Assembly: GCA_004431415.1 (NCBI GenBank)
Contig: QPMI01000644.1
Coordinates: 1-64,000 of the forward strand
Source of the DNA: Cyanophora paradoxa CCMP329
Taxonomy: Eukaryota > Plantae > Glaucophyta
DNA: 64,000 bases
Direction of reading: 5' to 3'
Shown: one piece after another, positions 1-13,224 of the stretch
Numbering within the stretch: position 1 is the stretch's first letter
Layout of the letters: every line of letters begins with the position of its first letter
Program-made: the position numbers and the translations under genes
Notes under the pieces: model-generated
Databases searched by the model: none
What the model was told of the DNA's origin: nothing
Seen by the model: the letters and a program-made list of their open reading frames with translations, nothing else

Positions 1-606
1 GGCACTTCCGGCCAGGTTGGGCGTAGGGAAGGGTGAGGAGAAGAGGGTGCGGGGGAGAGGGGTCTCGGAGGAAAATTAAGCTAGCTGCCACGCCCGAGTG
101 CCGCCGCCGGGGGCGGGGCGGGGCGCTGGAGGGCGGCGGGGCGGGCGCGGGAGCCGGGGGGCGGGGTGGGGTGCTGGAGCCGGGGGCGGGGGCGGGGCGC
201 TGGAGCCGGAGGGCGGGGGCGGGACGCTGGCGCCGGCGGCAGGGGCCGGCATGGAAGCCGGGTCCGGGCGAGCCTCGTCTGGCTCTGGGGGGGGGACCGA
301 GCGTACACGTCTCTGTACCGACCTCGGGGAGGAGGAGTCCGGGTGGGCGCCCTTTGGGCCCAGGCCGGGGGAGAGGGGCGGGGGCGTGGGCCCGCGGGGC
401 CTGGGCTCTGGCGGGGGAGGACCGGCGCGGGCGCTAGGGAGTAGGACGTGGGCGCACCCTGCCGTTGTTGTATATCGGACGGCGCCGACGGCCCCGTCGC
501 GCGGCGAGCTCGAGGCGGAGGGGAGAGGTCGAGATGCAGGGCGAGATCTGCAGGCGCGCGGGCACGTTCTGTAAGGATGGGGCGGCGCGCGCGGCGCCTG
601 CAGCAT
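1..606 (-). CDS. 5' part of a hypothetical multi-exon gene running off the window start
   Basis: gccgccgccATG context at 606, a GTGCGC donor-like site near 457 and C-rich sense-strand intron-like tracts. Frame and product not resolved. Confidence 0.3.
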
Positions 607-1417
607 GGCGGCGGCGTTCGAGGAGCAGCGGCGGCGGCGCGCGACGGCGGGAGCGTCGGTTTAGAGAGCTGGTGGTTATCGGACATCTGCTATGCGGCGG
701 GTGGCGTGTAAGTGGCCGGGACGGGCCGTGGCGCATGCGCGGCGATGGCGGGAAACCGGGCGAGGTCTAGGCGGCCGACCGGCGCCGTTTGCGCGTTCTA
801 GGGCTGTAGTATTATACCGGGAGCGGCAGCGTGCTGTCTGTACTTCCCGCGCGGGGTGCCGGCGAGGTCCTCGACATTCAAAAAGTGGCTCGATGATGTC
901 GGCGGGCTCCACGACGCTCCGGGGGCGGGCTGCCGGCTTCGGCGGTCGTGCTGGACGGTGATGTGCTCGTGTCGCCTGGCGGGCTGCGCCCGGCTGGCCT
1001 AACTAGCGTTGTCGGTCCACGGGGGTCGGGTGGAGCTGGCGCGCGACTTTCCGAGCAGCTTGACACGCGGCGTTATCAGGCACCCACGGGTGGGAAGCCT
1101 GGCCCGCCGCGCTGCCGTAATCGTCGCGCGTAATATACCGACTGTAAGTAACAGTAAGTGGCTATAGCTGTTGTCAAATTCAAATAAGCACTAGCTATAG
1201 TCTGACTGCCTCGGGTCCGGAGGCTCTAGAACTGATCATAAATCGAGCTGCAGCTCGATTCAGAGTCAGCGAAGAAGAGAGAGGGAGGGAGCCGGGCCAG
1301 TCAGTCTTCTTCTTCTTCTGCTTCTGCTTCCCACCCACCCACCCGTCCGTCCGTCTCACCTGGACGGCGCCCTTGAGCTGCGCCCGCTCGCCGCAGTCCG
1401 AGTTCGAAGTTCGGCGG

Positions 1418-4400
1418 TCACATGACCGCGCAGGCCTCGCAGCCCTTCTCCGTTTTGCAGACGGGGCAGCCCTTCGAGAACAGCGAAGTGAGCCCAGGCG
1501 GCCAGCGAGGGCCCCGCGGCCGGGCGCTGGCAGGGCGGGGCAGCCGGGCGCTGGCGGGGCGGACCTTGCAGCCGGTGGCCTGGTGCCGCTTGCGGTCGCC
1601 TCGATGAAGCGCTCGAGCTGCTTCTCGTCCATGGCCTGCGCGGGGGCGGCGTCGGCGGCGGCGGCGCCGCGAGTCGAGGGCGCGGGGCCGGCGCCACGCA
1701 CGTCGAAGTCCGGCACCTCTCTGCCCTTGGGCGAGGCGAGGGCGTGGCCCCCCTCTGGCCCGCGGGCGAGGGCGCGGGCCGGGCGAGGCCGCGGGGAGGC
1801 CGCCTGCGAACGAAGAAGTTTCGGCGAACGAAGTTTCGGCTATAAATAGCCGGGGGTACCGGAGGCGCGAGGGAGTCGGGGGCGGTGGGGGCGGCGCCGT
1901 TGGGGAGGTGGGGCGCCCCCGGGCCCGCCGGAGGGCGGCCTCAAGGCGCTGCGCGTGCTCCCGGTGGTGCCCGGCCCCGCCGGCCCCGCCGGGGCCCGCC
2001 GCCTGCAGCGCCGCCTCGAGCTGCGAGGTGCGCGCCAGCCACTCCTTGATCTCCCGCACCTGGCCCTCCAGCGCCGCGGCGCCGCCGCCTTCCGCCCCCG
2101 CCCCCGCCCCCGCCCCCGGGGCGGAGTGGAGGGCGGCGAGGAGGGACACCAGGTTGGAGACGAAGGACTCGCGCTCGGCGCGGAGGCCGCGCTTGCCGCG
2201 CACGCGCTCCGCCAGCGTCTCGATGCGGTCCCGTGTCTCCGCCAGCTCCGCCGACGCCCGCTGCAGGCCCTCCCGCCTCTCCTCCAGGTCCTGCGCCCGC
2301 CGCAAGCCAAGCCCACCTCAGAGTAAAGAAGAAGAAGAACGAGGAACTAGCTCGGCTTAATCAAACTAGCCAAATGAAGAACTAGAGCTCAGGATCGATG
2401 GGTGGGCGGACGCACGCGGGTGCGGGCGCGGAGGGCGTCCTTGAGCGCGTTGAGCTTCTCGACGGGGAAGCCGAGCTCGGCCTGCTTCTTCTGCTCGGCC
2501 GCCCCTCAGAGTCAGCGAAGAAGAGAGAGGAGGGGGAGAGCGAAGAAGAAGAGAGAGGCCTAGGGAGGGAGCCGAGCTATCTATCTAACCAGCTTTCTGG
2601 ATCTATCTAGTCTTCTTCTTCTGCTTCCCACCCACCCGTCCATCCGTCTCACCTGGACGGCGCCCTTGAGCTGCGCCCGCTCGATGGCGCACTCCTCGAG
2701 GCCCTCCTTCTGCTTCTCGACGGCCTTGCGGATCTCCTTGAGCACCGAGCGCAGCGTGACGACGTGCCCGGCCAGCATGTCGTACACCTGCGCGGCGGCC
2801 GCTGAGCGGGAGCCGGGAGGCTGGGCGGGCTGGGCTGGAGCCTGGGCTAGGCAAAGAGGCAATCTCGTTTATCTATCGATCTATCTAGCTGCCGAGGGGC
2901 GGCTGAGGGCGAGCCGAGGGGCGGGGCGGGGCGGGGCGGGGCGGGGCTAGGCAAAGAGTTCAGGAACGCTATAACCATCTTATATCTTGACTGTCTTGAG
3001 AACTATCTTAAGCCTGAGATACTTTCAATGTTCCTCTGACCTGCTTGGCGGCAGCAAGCTCCTGGTACTTCTCCTGCGCCGTCTCCCGGAACCGCGCGTC
3101 CTGCAGCTCCGCCACCATCCCCTCGTACTCCGTCCGCCGCGCCTGATTAGAAGAGTGAGCGAGAGGGGTACAGGGAGGAGTAGGGGGGTACGCGGCGCGC
3201 TCGCTTGCCTGGAGCTCGTCGTTCTTTGCGAGAATGAGGAGGCGGAGGCCGGTGACCTTGCGCGCCGCTGCTTCCAGCTCGCCCCGCCGCACCTGCCGCC
3301 CCGCACGGGGAGAGGTCAGAAGACACCGGGCGCCTCCTTTCTACCCGTGTACCCGGCGCGCCCCTTCCATCCGTCCTCACCTGGAGGCGGCGGGCGATCT
3401 CGGCCGAGGCCTGCTTGTGCACCTCCGCAGGCGACATCTGCCGCCCCGTCGGCTTGGTTGGTTGGTTGGGGGGGGGGGGGAGGAGGGGGGGTACGCACGC
3501 CGGAGAGGTCCGCGCCGAGCGAGGCGACGAGCTCGATGAGGGGGCTCCCCGGCGGTAGAGAGATCGAGGAGCCGGCCTGCGCCATCGACGGAGACGGGAG
3601 ATGAGGAGGGCTCGGCGGCGGCGACGCTGCCGCGCTCGGGGCGGGGCGGGGCGGGGCGGGGTCGGGCGGGGGCTACCGGGGCCTTGGAGACCTGCTCGAA
3701 GGTCTTCTGCAGGTCTTCCTTCAGCGCCAGCAGCTTCTCGTGCTCCGCCCTGCGCCCCGGCTGCTTGAGGGGGACGGGGGGGGGGGGGGGGGGGGGGGGG
3801 GGCTGGCTGGGCTAGGGGGGCCGCTAGGACGCTAGGCTAGAACGAGTGGGAGGGAAGCTAGGAGGGACGGTAGGATGTCGCCGCGGGAGTGAGCCGAACG
3901 CCGCGTGCAGGCTTTCAGGGCGACGCCGGACTGTTCTCACGGCGCCGGGGCCGCCCGTTAGGGGGCCACCGCTCTCTCTGCCGCCCCGCGCGTGCCCCGC
4001 GGCCGCACCCTCAGGGCCGCGGGGCGCACCGAAACCGGCGCGGCGGGGCGGCCCATAACAGAGAAGAAGCGGGGGAAGGAAAGCTAGGGGATTCTAGCCT
4101 GGCCTAGAGAAGGGGCGAGGCTGGAAAGGCTGGGCGGAAAGAAGGAAAGGAGAGCTAGGCTAGGAGGAGGCCAGGAAAGCGAGGGGAAACGCTTAAAGCT
4201 TCCAGCGCGCACCGCCGGGCGTCGAGGGCCTCGGACTCGGTGGCGAACTGCTGCCGCAGCGCCTTCGCCTCCGCCAGCAGCGCGTCGTACTCCGCCTGCC
4301 AAAAGTTCGGTCGGAGAGGAGGAGGCGGGGCGGAGCGGAGCGGAGAAGGCGGTGCGGGTTCTAGATTCGAGGCCCGCTCTCCTTGCTAGCGGGGCGCACC

Positions 4401-7400
4401 TTCTTGGACTTGAGGCCCTCGCCCTTCTGGAGGCGCGCGTCCCGGATGGCGCTGATCTGCGCGCGTGGGGTTCGCCTCAGAAGAGAGGCGGGACGGGGGC
4501 GGGGCGGGGCCGTGCCTGTCCGACGACCGCCTCGTGCGCCTCCTTGACCTGCGCGGGGGTCTCAGGGGGGGTACAGGCAGCAGGGGGGGCGGGGGGGGGG
4601 GAAGGGAGCTATAGGAGGGAAGCCGAGAGATCTAGGCCATGGTTCCTAGCTCCTCCGCTCTCTCTCGGCGCTGGCCAGCCAGCGGCCCCCGGAGCTTCAG
4701 CGCCCCCCCCCCCCCCTCCTCCCCCCCTTGCTTCGTTCGCACCTGGGCGAGCTTCTCGGAGAGGCGGCCGATCTCCTCGCGCACGGTCACCGCGTCCCGC
4801 ATCGTCTCCTCGCACTCCTCCTTCCGCGACAGGAACTCCTGCGGGGCAGAGCAGAGGCGTCAGGGAGCTAGCAGCTAGCGGGGAGGGCGGGCGGGGCGGG
4901 GCGGGGCGGGCGCGGGCTAGGAGCTGGCGGAAGCTAGTGCGGACGGGGAGCTAGTCCGGAAGCTAAGCGAGAGGGGGTGGCAGGAGCCAGCGGCGCCCGA
5001 GGGCGGGCGGGCGCCCGAGGCAGAAGCGTCAGAAAGAGGGGCGCGCTGGCGGGGAGCCGGGAGCTAGCTATCGGAGAGCCGTTGGCAGGGCGAGTCACGG
5101 GAGCTAGCTAGGGGAGGGGTGACGGGCGGGGCGGGGCGCCGGCACCCGAGGGCGGGCGGGCGGGGAGCTAGGCTAGAAGCCGGCGGGCGGAAGGGGGGGG
5201 GGGGGGGGGGGACAGCCTTCGCTTGGAGCCAGGCGGGGAGCTAGGAGCTAGGGGGGCGGGGCCCGGGGCGGGCTGGGGCGGGCACCTGGTGCTTGGCCTC
5301 AGCGACCTCCTCCATCTCCCGCAGCTCGTGGAAGTGCCGCTCCCGCTCCTGCGAACGAAGGGGGGGGGAAGGAGCGTCAGGGAGGGGTCGGGGATGGCAT
5401 CGGGAAGCGCCTTCTAGATCCCCAGAGCCAGATTCGGGTCTAGATCCCACCCGGAATCCCGAGAGGGAGGGCGCGGGCGGGCGGACCTCACGGATGAAGT
5501 CCTCGTCGCTCTGCTTCTCCTCCGACGGGCCGCCTTTGCTCCGCCCGCCCAGCGCGTACAGGTGCGTGATCACCGTCGCCGGGAGCACCTCCTCGTCCGG
5601 CGCGTGCGCCGCCGCCGCCAGCTGCGCCCGAGCGCAAGAAGGCGTCAGCCCGCGAGCGCTAGCTCATCTTGGCGGCCGCTAGCATCGGAGCAGGCGACGT
5701 CGGCCGGCGCGCTTCTAACGCTTCTAACGCGCCAGCTAGCTAGCTGGCTCTTGGGCCAAGCTCGGCCTCCTCCCCACGGACCTCCATCTCCATCTTAGGA
5801 AGGAGCCTAGCCTGAGATAGCGAAGGCGCTAGCTTATGGCTCAAAATATAGCTTAAATTGGCTAAGTCTGTAGGAGAATGTGGCTAAAATACAGCTTAAA
5901 TTGGCTTATGGCTTAGGCACCTCCATCTCCATCTTGGCGGCGGCGATGTCGCGCTGGAGGACGTCGACCTCGCCCACCGAGTCGGCGTAGGCCGCCTTCA
6001 GCGCCGCCAGCTCCCGCGTCTTCCCGTGCTCCACCTGAGCGGATTCGATCTCAGAGAACGGATCGAATTTGATCCGGATGAGAGGGGAGGGGCAGGCGGG
6101 GCGGGAATTCGATCTCGGGGACGGATGGACGGGCGGGGCGGAGGATGGATGGGAGGACGATGAGAGGGGGACGGGCGGGCGAGGCAGGAGTTTGATCTCA
6201 GATAACGGGTGAAATTTGATCCGGGAGGGGCGGAGGATGTACGGGAGGACGATGACAAAGGGGACGGACAAGCGGGGCGGGAATTTGATCCGGCGGGAAG
6301 CGGACCTGCTCGAGGTGGCCGAGCTCGAGGACAAGTTCGTCGTACTCGCGGAGCTCCCGCAGGAACCGCTGCACCTGCTCCACCGCCGCCGCCGTCCCCG
6401 CCGGCAGCGCAGCCGTCGAAGGCGACGACGAGGACGAGGAGGACGACGGCGCCGCGCCCTCCGCGCCCTCGCCCTTCGCCGCCTTGGCTTCCGCGGCGGC
6501 GGCGGAATCGTCGGCTGCCGCCTTGGATTCGGAGGGCGCCTGCAGGAGCCGCGAGGAGAGGGTCTTGACGATGGAGGGCTCGGCCCGCGCCAGCGCCTCC
6601 TCGGTCGTGAGCGGCCGCACGGAGCTCAGGAGCGCCTCGTCGTCGTGGAGCCAGCGGGAGAGCCACTCGGCGTTGTTCGCCTCCTCCTCCGCCGCCTCCT
6701 CCGCCTGCGCGTCGCCGGCCTCGGCGCCCTCCGGCGGCGGCAGCGGCTCGATCAGGTACTGCTTCTCCAGCTCGGCGCTGATGTGCGGCGCCGGGCCCTC
6801 CAAATCGTACAGCGCGTCCCTCTTCGGCAGCGCCCGGACCTTTACCCGCAGCCGCACGGAGCCCGCCTTGTTCACCAGCGTCGTGGCCCCGTCCGCGCTC
6901 TGCCGCGCGCGGCGCCGTCGGTACCAGCCCGGCCGGTCGCCGCGGCGCCGGCCTTCCGGCGCGGTTGCGCACCTCGATATGCCAGAGCGCGCTGTCCTCG
7001 CTCGCGAAATCGTCCTGGTGCAGGAAGCACATGTCTTCGGGGCCATCCGGAGTCGGAGCCGCCAGAAAGCCTGAAGAGGCGGAGCGGGACGCGGCGAACG
7101 CGATTCAGAGGCGTGTACGGGATCTCAAAGCGAGATGTCGAGGCGCACCGTCCGCGACCGCGCTGTGCAAGGCGCTCCACACGATTCCGTCCACCGTGGC
7201 ATGCCGCCGCACCTGGGCGAAGCCGGCGTGAAGCGAATGCGACGAAACGGCACGAGATGCCTACCTCGAGCTGAACGGCGGGGGACTGCAGGTCGGTGCC
7301 CCGGGACGGCCGGTATATCCAGGCGGCTGTCTCCGACTGCAGGCTAGCCGCGTAGAGGACATCGCCGCCGTCGCTGAGAGCGATGACCGCGCGCTCTGCG

Positions 7401-7408
7401 GGATCCAT
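1418..7408 (-). CDS. Multi-exon coiled-coil protein with an N-terminal beta-rich region and a probable C-terminal CaaX motif (…GCPVCKTEKGCEACAVM*)
   Basis: Spliced exons: MDPAERAVIALSDGG…, …LWHIE|SADGATTLVNKAG…, many E/K/R/L heptad exons (ELAETRDRIETLAERV; VLKEIRKAVEKQKEGLEE). TGA at 1418-1420. One apparent 1-nt deletion near 1598. Confidence 0.7.
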
Positions 7409-7499
7409 CTGGCCTGGAATTGCGGGCGCCAGCGGGTCGGTCGGCCGAGCTTTGTTGACCAGCGGCGGAAAAACAACAATCCCCGTACCCCGGCAAACG

Positions 7500-8959
7500 A
7501 TGCTCGCCGCAGCAGCCAGGCTCGCGGTCCGGCGTGGCGTCGCCGCTCCGGTGCGGCTGCTTGCGACCGATGCGGGCGTTGCCGAGGCGGCGAAGGCATC
7601 GTCGTCGGTGCGCTCGCCACCGCCGCCCCCGCGCCGGCCAACATTGCCGCCTCTCGATTGAAGTTCCGTGGCTAGCTGCCGCTGACCTTGCGCTGTGCCC
7701 GCAGGCCGCCGGCGATAGCGCGTCGAAGAACCGGCGCCCGCGCCAGAACACCAAGTACACAGAGGATCGCAAGCGATTCGAGAACGAAGTGCGTGAACGC
7801 CGCTCAGCCCTGTCGCCGCCCGGGCGCACGCCATGACGCCACTTCGGCGCTCAGTACCGCGAGGCGCGGCTCCGCATCATCGAGGAAGTGAAGCAGAAGC
7901 AGCTGGAGAAGCAGAGGAAGGAAGCGCAGCGGCAGGCGATACTAGAAGAGAAGCGCCGCCAGAAGGCGAAGGAGTTGGAGGAGATCCGGGCTATCAGGAA
8001 GGCGCGCCCCCGCGTCCAGCGCACGGCGGCGGTCGCGGCCGATTCACCGCCCGCCTGCAGGCGAGGGATGAGAAGGAGGCGGAGCTGCGGAGGCAGCGCA
8101 AGGAGAGGCGGATCGCCGCCGGCCAGCAGTCGCAGCGGGAGATGATCCAGGAGCAGCGCGAGGAGCTGATGCACATGGCGCGGGAATTCTTCGAGGTATG
8201 CGGAACGGTACGGGTGGTAGGTCGGCGGCGCGCGCCCGGCCGACTCGCCGCGCAGGGGAGCGAGAACTGGATCGTGGGGGACACGCCGGAGTCGATGGCG
8301 AAGCTGCAGGCGATGGTCGAGGAGGCGATGAAGCCCGAGAACCGCGTCTCCTTCGATCAGAACTTCCCGGAGGAGCAGTGGGACGAGGAGACCGAGACAT
8401 GGGTCCGCCCGCCCCCGCCCCGCCCGCGCCCGCGCCCGCCCGCCGGCGGCGCCGCCGCTGACGGAGAGCGCCCACCCGGACAGGCTCGGTTCCGGTACGG
8501 AGACGTGGAGCAGGAGCTGGCGTTCAAGCCGGAGGCGTGGGGCCTGGAGCTGGACACGAGCACGCTGCCGCGGGAGGGCCTGCAGACGCTCATCAAGCAG
8601 CGGAACGAGCTGCTGGCGGCAGGCTTCGACCTCCCGCCCGCGATCCTGGAGACGCTGGAGAAGGCGGCAGCCGAGCAGGGCATCGGGAAGGACGGCGAGG
8701 AGCTGGGCGACATGGGAGACACGCGGCGCCAGGCGGAGCTCTGGAAGCGCCAGGAGCGCCTCAAGCAGCAGTCCATGCAGGTCCGCGCCGCTTTCTTTCG
8801 ATTTCTTCATCTTCGCTTTGTCTCATGCACGGGCGCCCGTGCTCGCAGCTGGACACGACGCACGACCGGAGGCTCGAGGCGGCGCGGGCGGTCGGTGTCG
8901 GCTCGGGCGACCCGCTGGCCGACTTGGACCTCGACGAGGAGCCCGCCAAGCAACGATAG
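7500..8959 (+). CDS. Mitochondrion-targeted charged helical protein, mitoribosomal mS26 (MRPS26)-like, with C-terminal extension
   Basis: MLAAAARLAVRRGVAAPVRLLA presequence, a long E/K/R helix, then EGSENWIV…LQAMVEEAMKPENRVSF, resembling the mS26 C-terminal motif. Canonical short introns; TAG at 8957-8959. Confidence 0.6.
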
Positions 8960-9389
8960 CCGCTGCTTCGTTCCTCTTTCTCTAATTTCCATCCAGCACG
9001 CGATGCCCGAGCTCGCCAGCCGGGGCGGGGAGGGCGCGGGGGGACGGGGCGCGCGGGCAGCCGACGGCGTTGGGCAGGGCAGGGGAATGAAGCGGTGCAT
9101 GCAGTAAACACAACAAAGGAAAGACAAGACAGAAGCGAGCGCGTCGAGCTCGCGTTAAACGTTGACCCGCGCGAGTTGGGGTACGCGGCGCTCCCTAATC
9201 CAAGGCGCGGCTCGCTGCGCACCGCAGCGCTCGGACGGCGCATACGAGGCTTCTTTAGCTAAGCTTCGAGCTGCCGTTCAGCTTCAGGCTCCGAGAATGC
9301 GAGGAGGCGTGGAGATGCTGAGCCAGCGATGCTGAGCTTAGCTAAGCGACGGGGGAGATGCTGCGGCTGAATAAGCGTCGCTAAGCAAG

Positions 9390-12300
9390 ATGTATCCTCC
9401 TCCGTACGGCCTGCCGCCCGCGGCGATGCCCTTCGCGGCACCGCTCGCTCCGATCGGCCTGGGCGCCCCCGGGTTCGGAGCGCCGGCCTTCCCGCAGGCG
9501 CAGCGGTTCCTGGACCCGCAGGCGTGCGAGCTGGAGCTGAGCGGGCCGTCGCTGGCGACGGGCCGCGCGGGCGTGGAGAACATGCTCCGCCTCTTCCTCC
9601 GCACGTCTTTCGGCCACGCCGCGCACCCGGCCGGCGCCGCGGCTCTCGTCAGCGCCGAGCTCATCGGCTCGACCTCCGGTGCGTTCCGCGGCGCCGCGCC
9701 ACGCCGCGGGGGAGTGCGGGCGGGCGGGCGGGCGGCGAGCGGGCGGGCGGGCGGGTGCGCAGGCTCGCTGCCGGTGCGGGTGATCGACCCGGCGGACGGG
9801 AGCGGTGTGGTGTACCTCTCGTTCACGCCCACAAAGGCCGAGGAGTACGAGGTGCGCCCCGCGGTCCGCCCCGCCCCGCCCAACCCCGCCCCGCCCGACC
9901 CTGCCCAGCTCTGGTGTCTGGTGCAAGGCGAAGACGTGCGGAACAGCCCGACAAAGTACTACGTAAACCCGGGTCCGTCCGTCCATCCCCGGACGGCCGC
10001 GCCCGCCGCCGCCCGGCTCTGTTTCCAGCGCGCTCAGCGCAGCCCCCTGCAGGCCCTGCCTTCGGGTTCGTACTGCCGGCGCGCCTCCCCTCGAACCCGC
10101 CGGCCGGCGTCCAGTTCTCGATCCCGATGGAGGTACCCCCCGGCCCCCTCCCGGCCCCCTTCTCGATCCCCACGGCGGTCCCTTCGCTCGCAGGCCGTGG
10201 ACCGCTTCGGGAACGGGTGCATCGTGGGCGGCGAGGCGCGGGCGCTGCGCGTGACCCTCACGGCCCTGGACGAGACCGGGGCGCCCGCCGCCGCCCCGCG
10301 CCTCGCCGCCATGGGCGCCGTCACCGCCGGGCCCCGCGGCTTCGAGCGCAGCGCCGCGCCGCCCGTCACGAGTGCGCGCGCCCGAGCGCGCGCGCGCGCA
10401 CTGCGCGCACACTGAAACGCTTCCTCAGACGAGCTGGGGGAGTACATGACCGTCGTGGACCGGAACGACGGGATCTACGCCGTCAAGATCCTCCTCATCC
10501 AGAGCGGCGAGTACGAGCTCGAGGCGGTCCTGGGCGGCAACCCCGTGCCCCGCGACCCGCTCCGCTTCGGCGTGGCGGCGGGCGCCGTCGACGGCGGCAA
10601 GTGCGCGCTGGAGGCGGCGGAGCGGGAGGGGGCCGGGGCGCTCGAGGCGGGCGCCGAGTGCGCCGTGCTCCTCGTCGTGCGGGACGTCTTCGGGAACGAG
10701 GCGGCCCTTGAGGACGCGGCCGAGGAGATCGAGGCCTCCGGTCCGCCCGCCCTTCTGCCTCGCTTTTAACTAGATAGTTACTTAGTAATCTAGTTAATCA
10801 GCTATTTAGTTAGTTAGGACCGCCCGCCCGCCCTTCTGCCTCGCTTTCTTCCCCTGAGGACCCCCCTTTCTTCTCTTCCCCTCGCTCCCCGTATTTCTGC
10901 GCCTCGAGAACGGGGGACGCCGCCGCTTCTAGGACGGAAGCTCGCCTAGCTAGCGCCTCCGCCACGGACCTCTCTCTGCTTCGCTCTGCTCTGCTCAGCG
11001 CTCCCGTCGCGCAGCGACGGTGGTGCGGTACGTGGCGGACGATGCGCGGGTCGGGCCCTTCTTCGACAAGGGTACGCGGAATCTTCTCTCGAAGCTTCTA
11101 TTTTTAGAAGCAACTGACCGCGGGCGGCGGGGCGGCAGGGGGGGGTATGCCGACGGACGCGGCCATCCAAGCCTTCCTCGACTCGGGGGGCGCCGCCTCG
11201 GGCTCGGGCCCCCCCTCGGCCCGCGGGCCCCCGGCGGCGGCGGCGCTCCCGGCCCCCGCGGCGGCGGCGGCGCTGCAGGCGGCGCGGCAGCGGGCGGCGC
11301 GCAAGGGCGGGGCCCTCCAGGGGGACGAGGTGCTGGCCACGGAGCTGAGCATCGAGGGCGGGCCCTGCATCGGCGTCCGCTTCCGCCCGACCCTCGCCGG
11401 CGACTACCTCGTCTACGCCTCTGTTCAGGTGAGCTCAGGACCGCTCAGATGTCTCAGGTGAGCTCAGGTGAGCGAACGCAGGGCGTGGACGTGGCGGGGA
11501 GCCCGATGCTGGTTCAGGTGAGCCCGGGGGCGCCCTCGCCGGCCGGGAGCCACGTGAAGCCCCGCGGGGAGGCGCTGCGCGAGGCCGGCGAGGAGTTCGA
11601 GCTGTGGGTCTGGGTCGCCGACGCCCACGGCAACGCCCGCGCCGGCCTTAACGACGCCCTCGCGCTCCGCGTCGAGGGCCCCGGCGACGCGCAGCACGTG
11701 CGGGCCGTCGACACGGGCCGGGGCCTCCACGTCCTCCGCTTCGCCCTCGTCGCCGCCGGCCTCTACGCCCTCCACGTCGACTGCCTCCCGGGAGGGGACG
11801 CACGCTCGGCCGTCCAGATCACCCGCGGCGCGCCCCGCCCCTCCCTTCCTTCCTTCCCTTTGCTTTTCTGAGGCCTCTCTTCTTCTGGGGCAGAGGGCGG
11901 GCTGGAGCTCGAGGTCCGCCCGGCGGCGGTCACGGGTACCGCCTGCGATGTCGAGGAGGACTTCGGATCCCGCGAGGTCCACTTTTTCAAATTTCAAATC
12001 GTTTTAGACGCTTTTTAGGCGTAAAGCTTCTCTAAAGCTTCTTCTCAAGTCCTTTGCCTCTTGTGCTCTTCTGCGCGCCCGCCCGCCTGACGCGGCGGGC
12101 GGGCTGGGCGGGGCAGCCCTTTCAAGCCCTCTAGAGCCCTCTAAAGGCGTTCTGCCGCGCCCCGTCTGCTCTTCTGCGAGCCCCGCCTGCCCGCTTGACG
12201 CGACGGGGCAGCACGTGGCGGGGGCGGCGGCGCGCCTCACGATCGCGGCGCGGGACCGCTTCGGGAACCTGCGGGCGGAGGAGGACGACGCGGCCGCCTT

Positions 12301-13189
12301 CGACGTCCGCTGGCTCCCGTTGAACCTCGCCATGCGGGACGGAGGGCCGGCAGCCCCGCCGCCCTCGGACCGGGCAGCCCTCCCTGGGGAGCACCCGGCC
12401 GCCTTCGGCGCCTTGACGAAGGCACGCGCGCCTCCCATCTTCCTCCGTGCTTGCTTACTCTCTTACTCTCTTTACAGGTGGGCAAGGGCGTGTACCAGAT
12501 CGCGGGGACGCTGAGGCACTGCTGTTGGGAGGGCATGGGCCGCGGCGGCTTCGTGGGGACGGACTTCGGCCCGCACGACTCGCTCGAGGATAACAGCTTC
12601 GGGCTCTTCGTCTGCACCCGCCACGACGGGCGGCCGCTGCCGGGCATGCCCCTCCGCTGGGTCGTCCGCTCCGGCCCGCTCGCCCACGCCGGCTGCTCCA
12701 TCGAGCTGCTCGATCCCCCCTCCCGGGCCCCCGACTTCGCGGCGAGCCGCCGCCTCGTCATCCCGTACACGCCCCCGGCGCCCCCGCCGGCGCCCCCGCC
12801 CCGCAAGAAGATGGCCAAGCCCTTCTCCACCCTGGCCGCCTCCGAGCCCTCCGAGGCCGAGGCGGCCCCGCCGGCCCCCGCGGCCCCCGCCTCGGGGGCG
12901 CTGCTGGGGGCGCACGGGGCGCCGCTGGTGCGGCTGCGGGTGACGCTGCGCGACGGGCACGGCAACCGCCTCAGCTTCGCAGTCGCGGACGACCGGTTCC
13001 TCGTCGAGGCCCGTCCGTTCGCCCGACCGTTCCCCTCCTTCGCTCCGGCCCTGACTTCGTTCGCGCTTCTATTTTTAGGTGCGGGGCGTGGTACCCATCT
13101 GGGCCGAGGTCCTCGACGACCACCGTGGCTCCTACGAAGTCACCATCCCCGCCCCCGCCCAGGCCCGCCCCCGCCGCCCCCCCCGCCCT

Positions 13190-13224
<35 letters not shown>

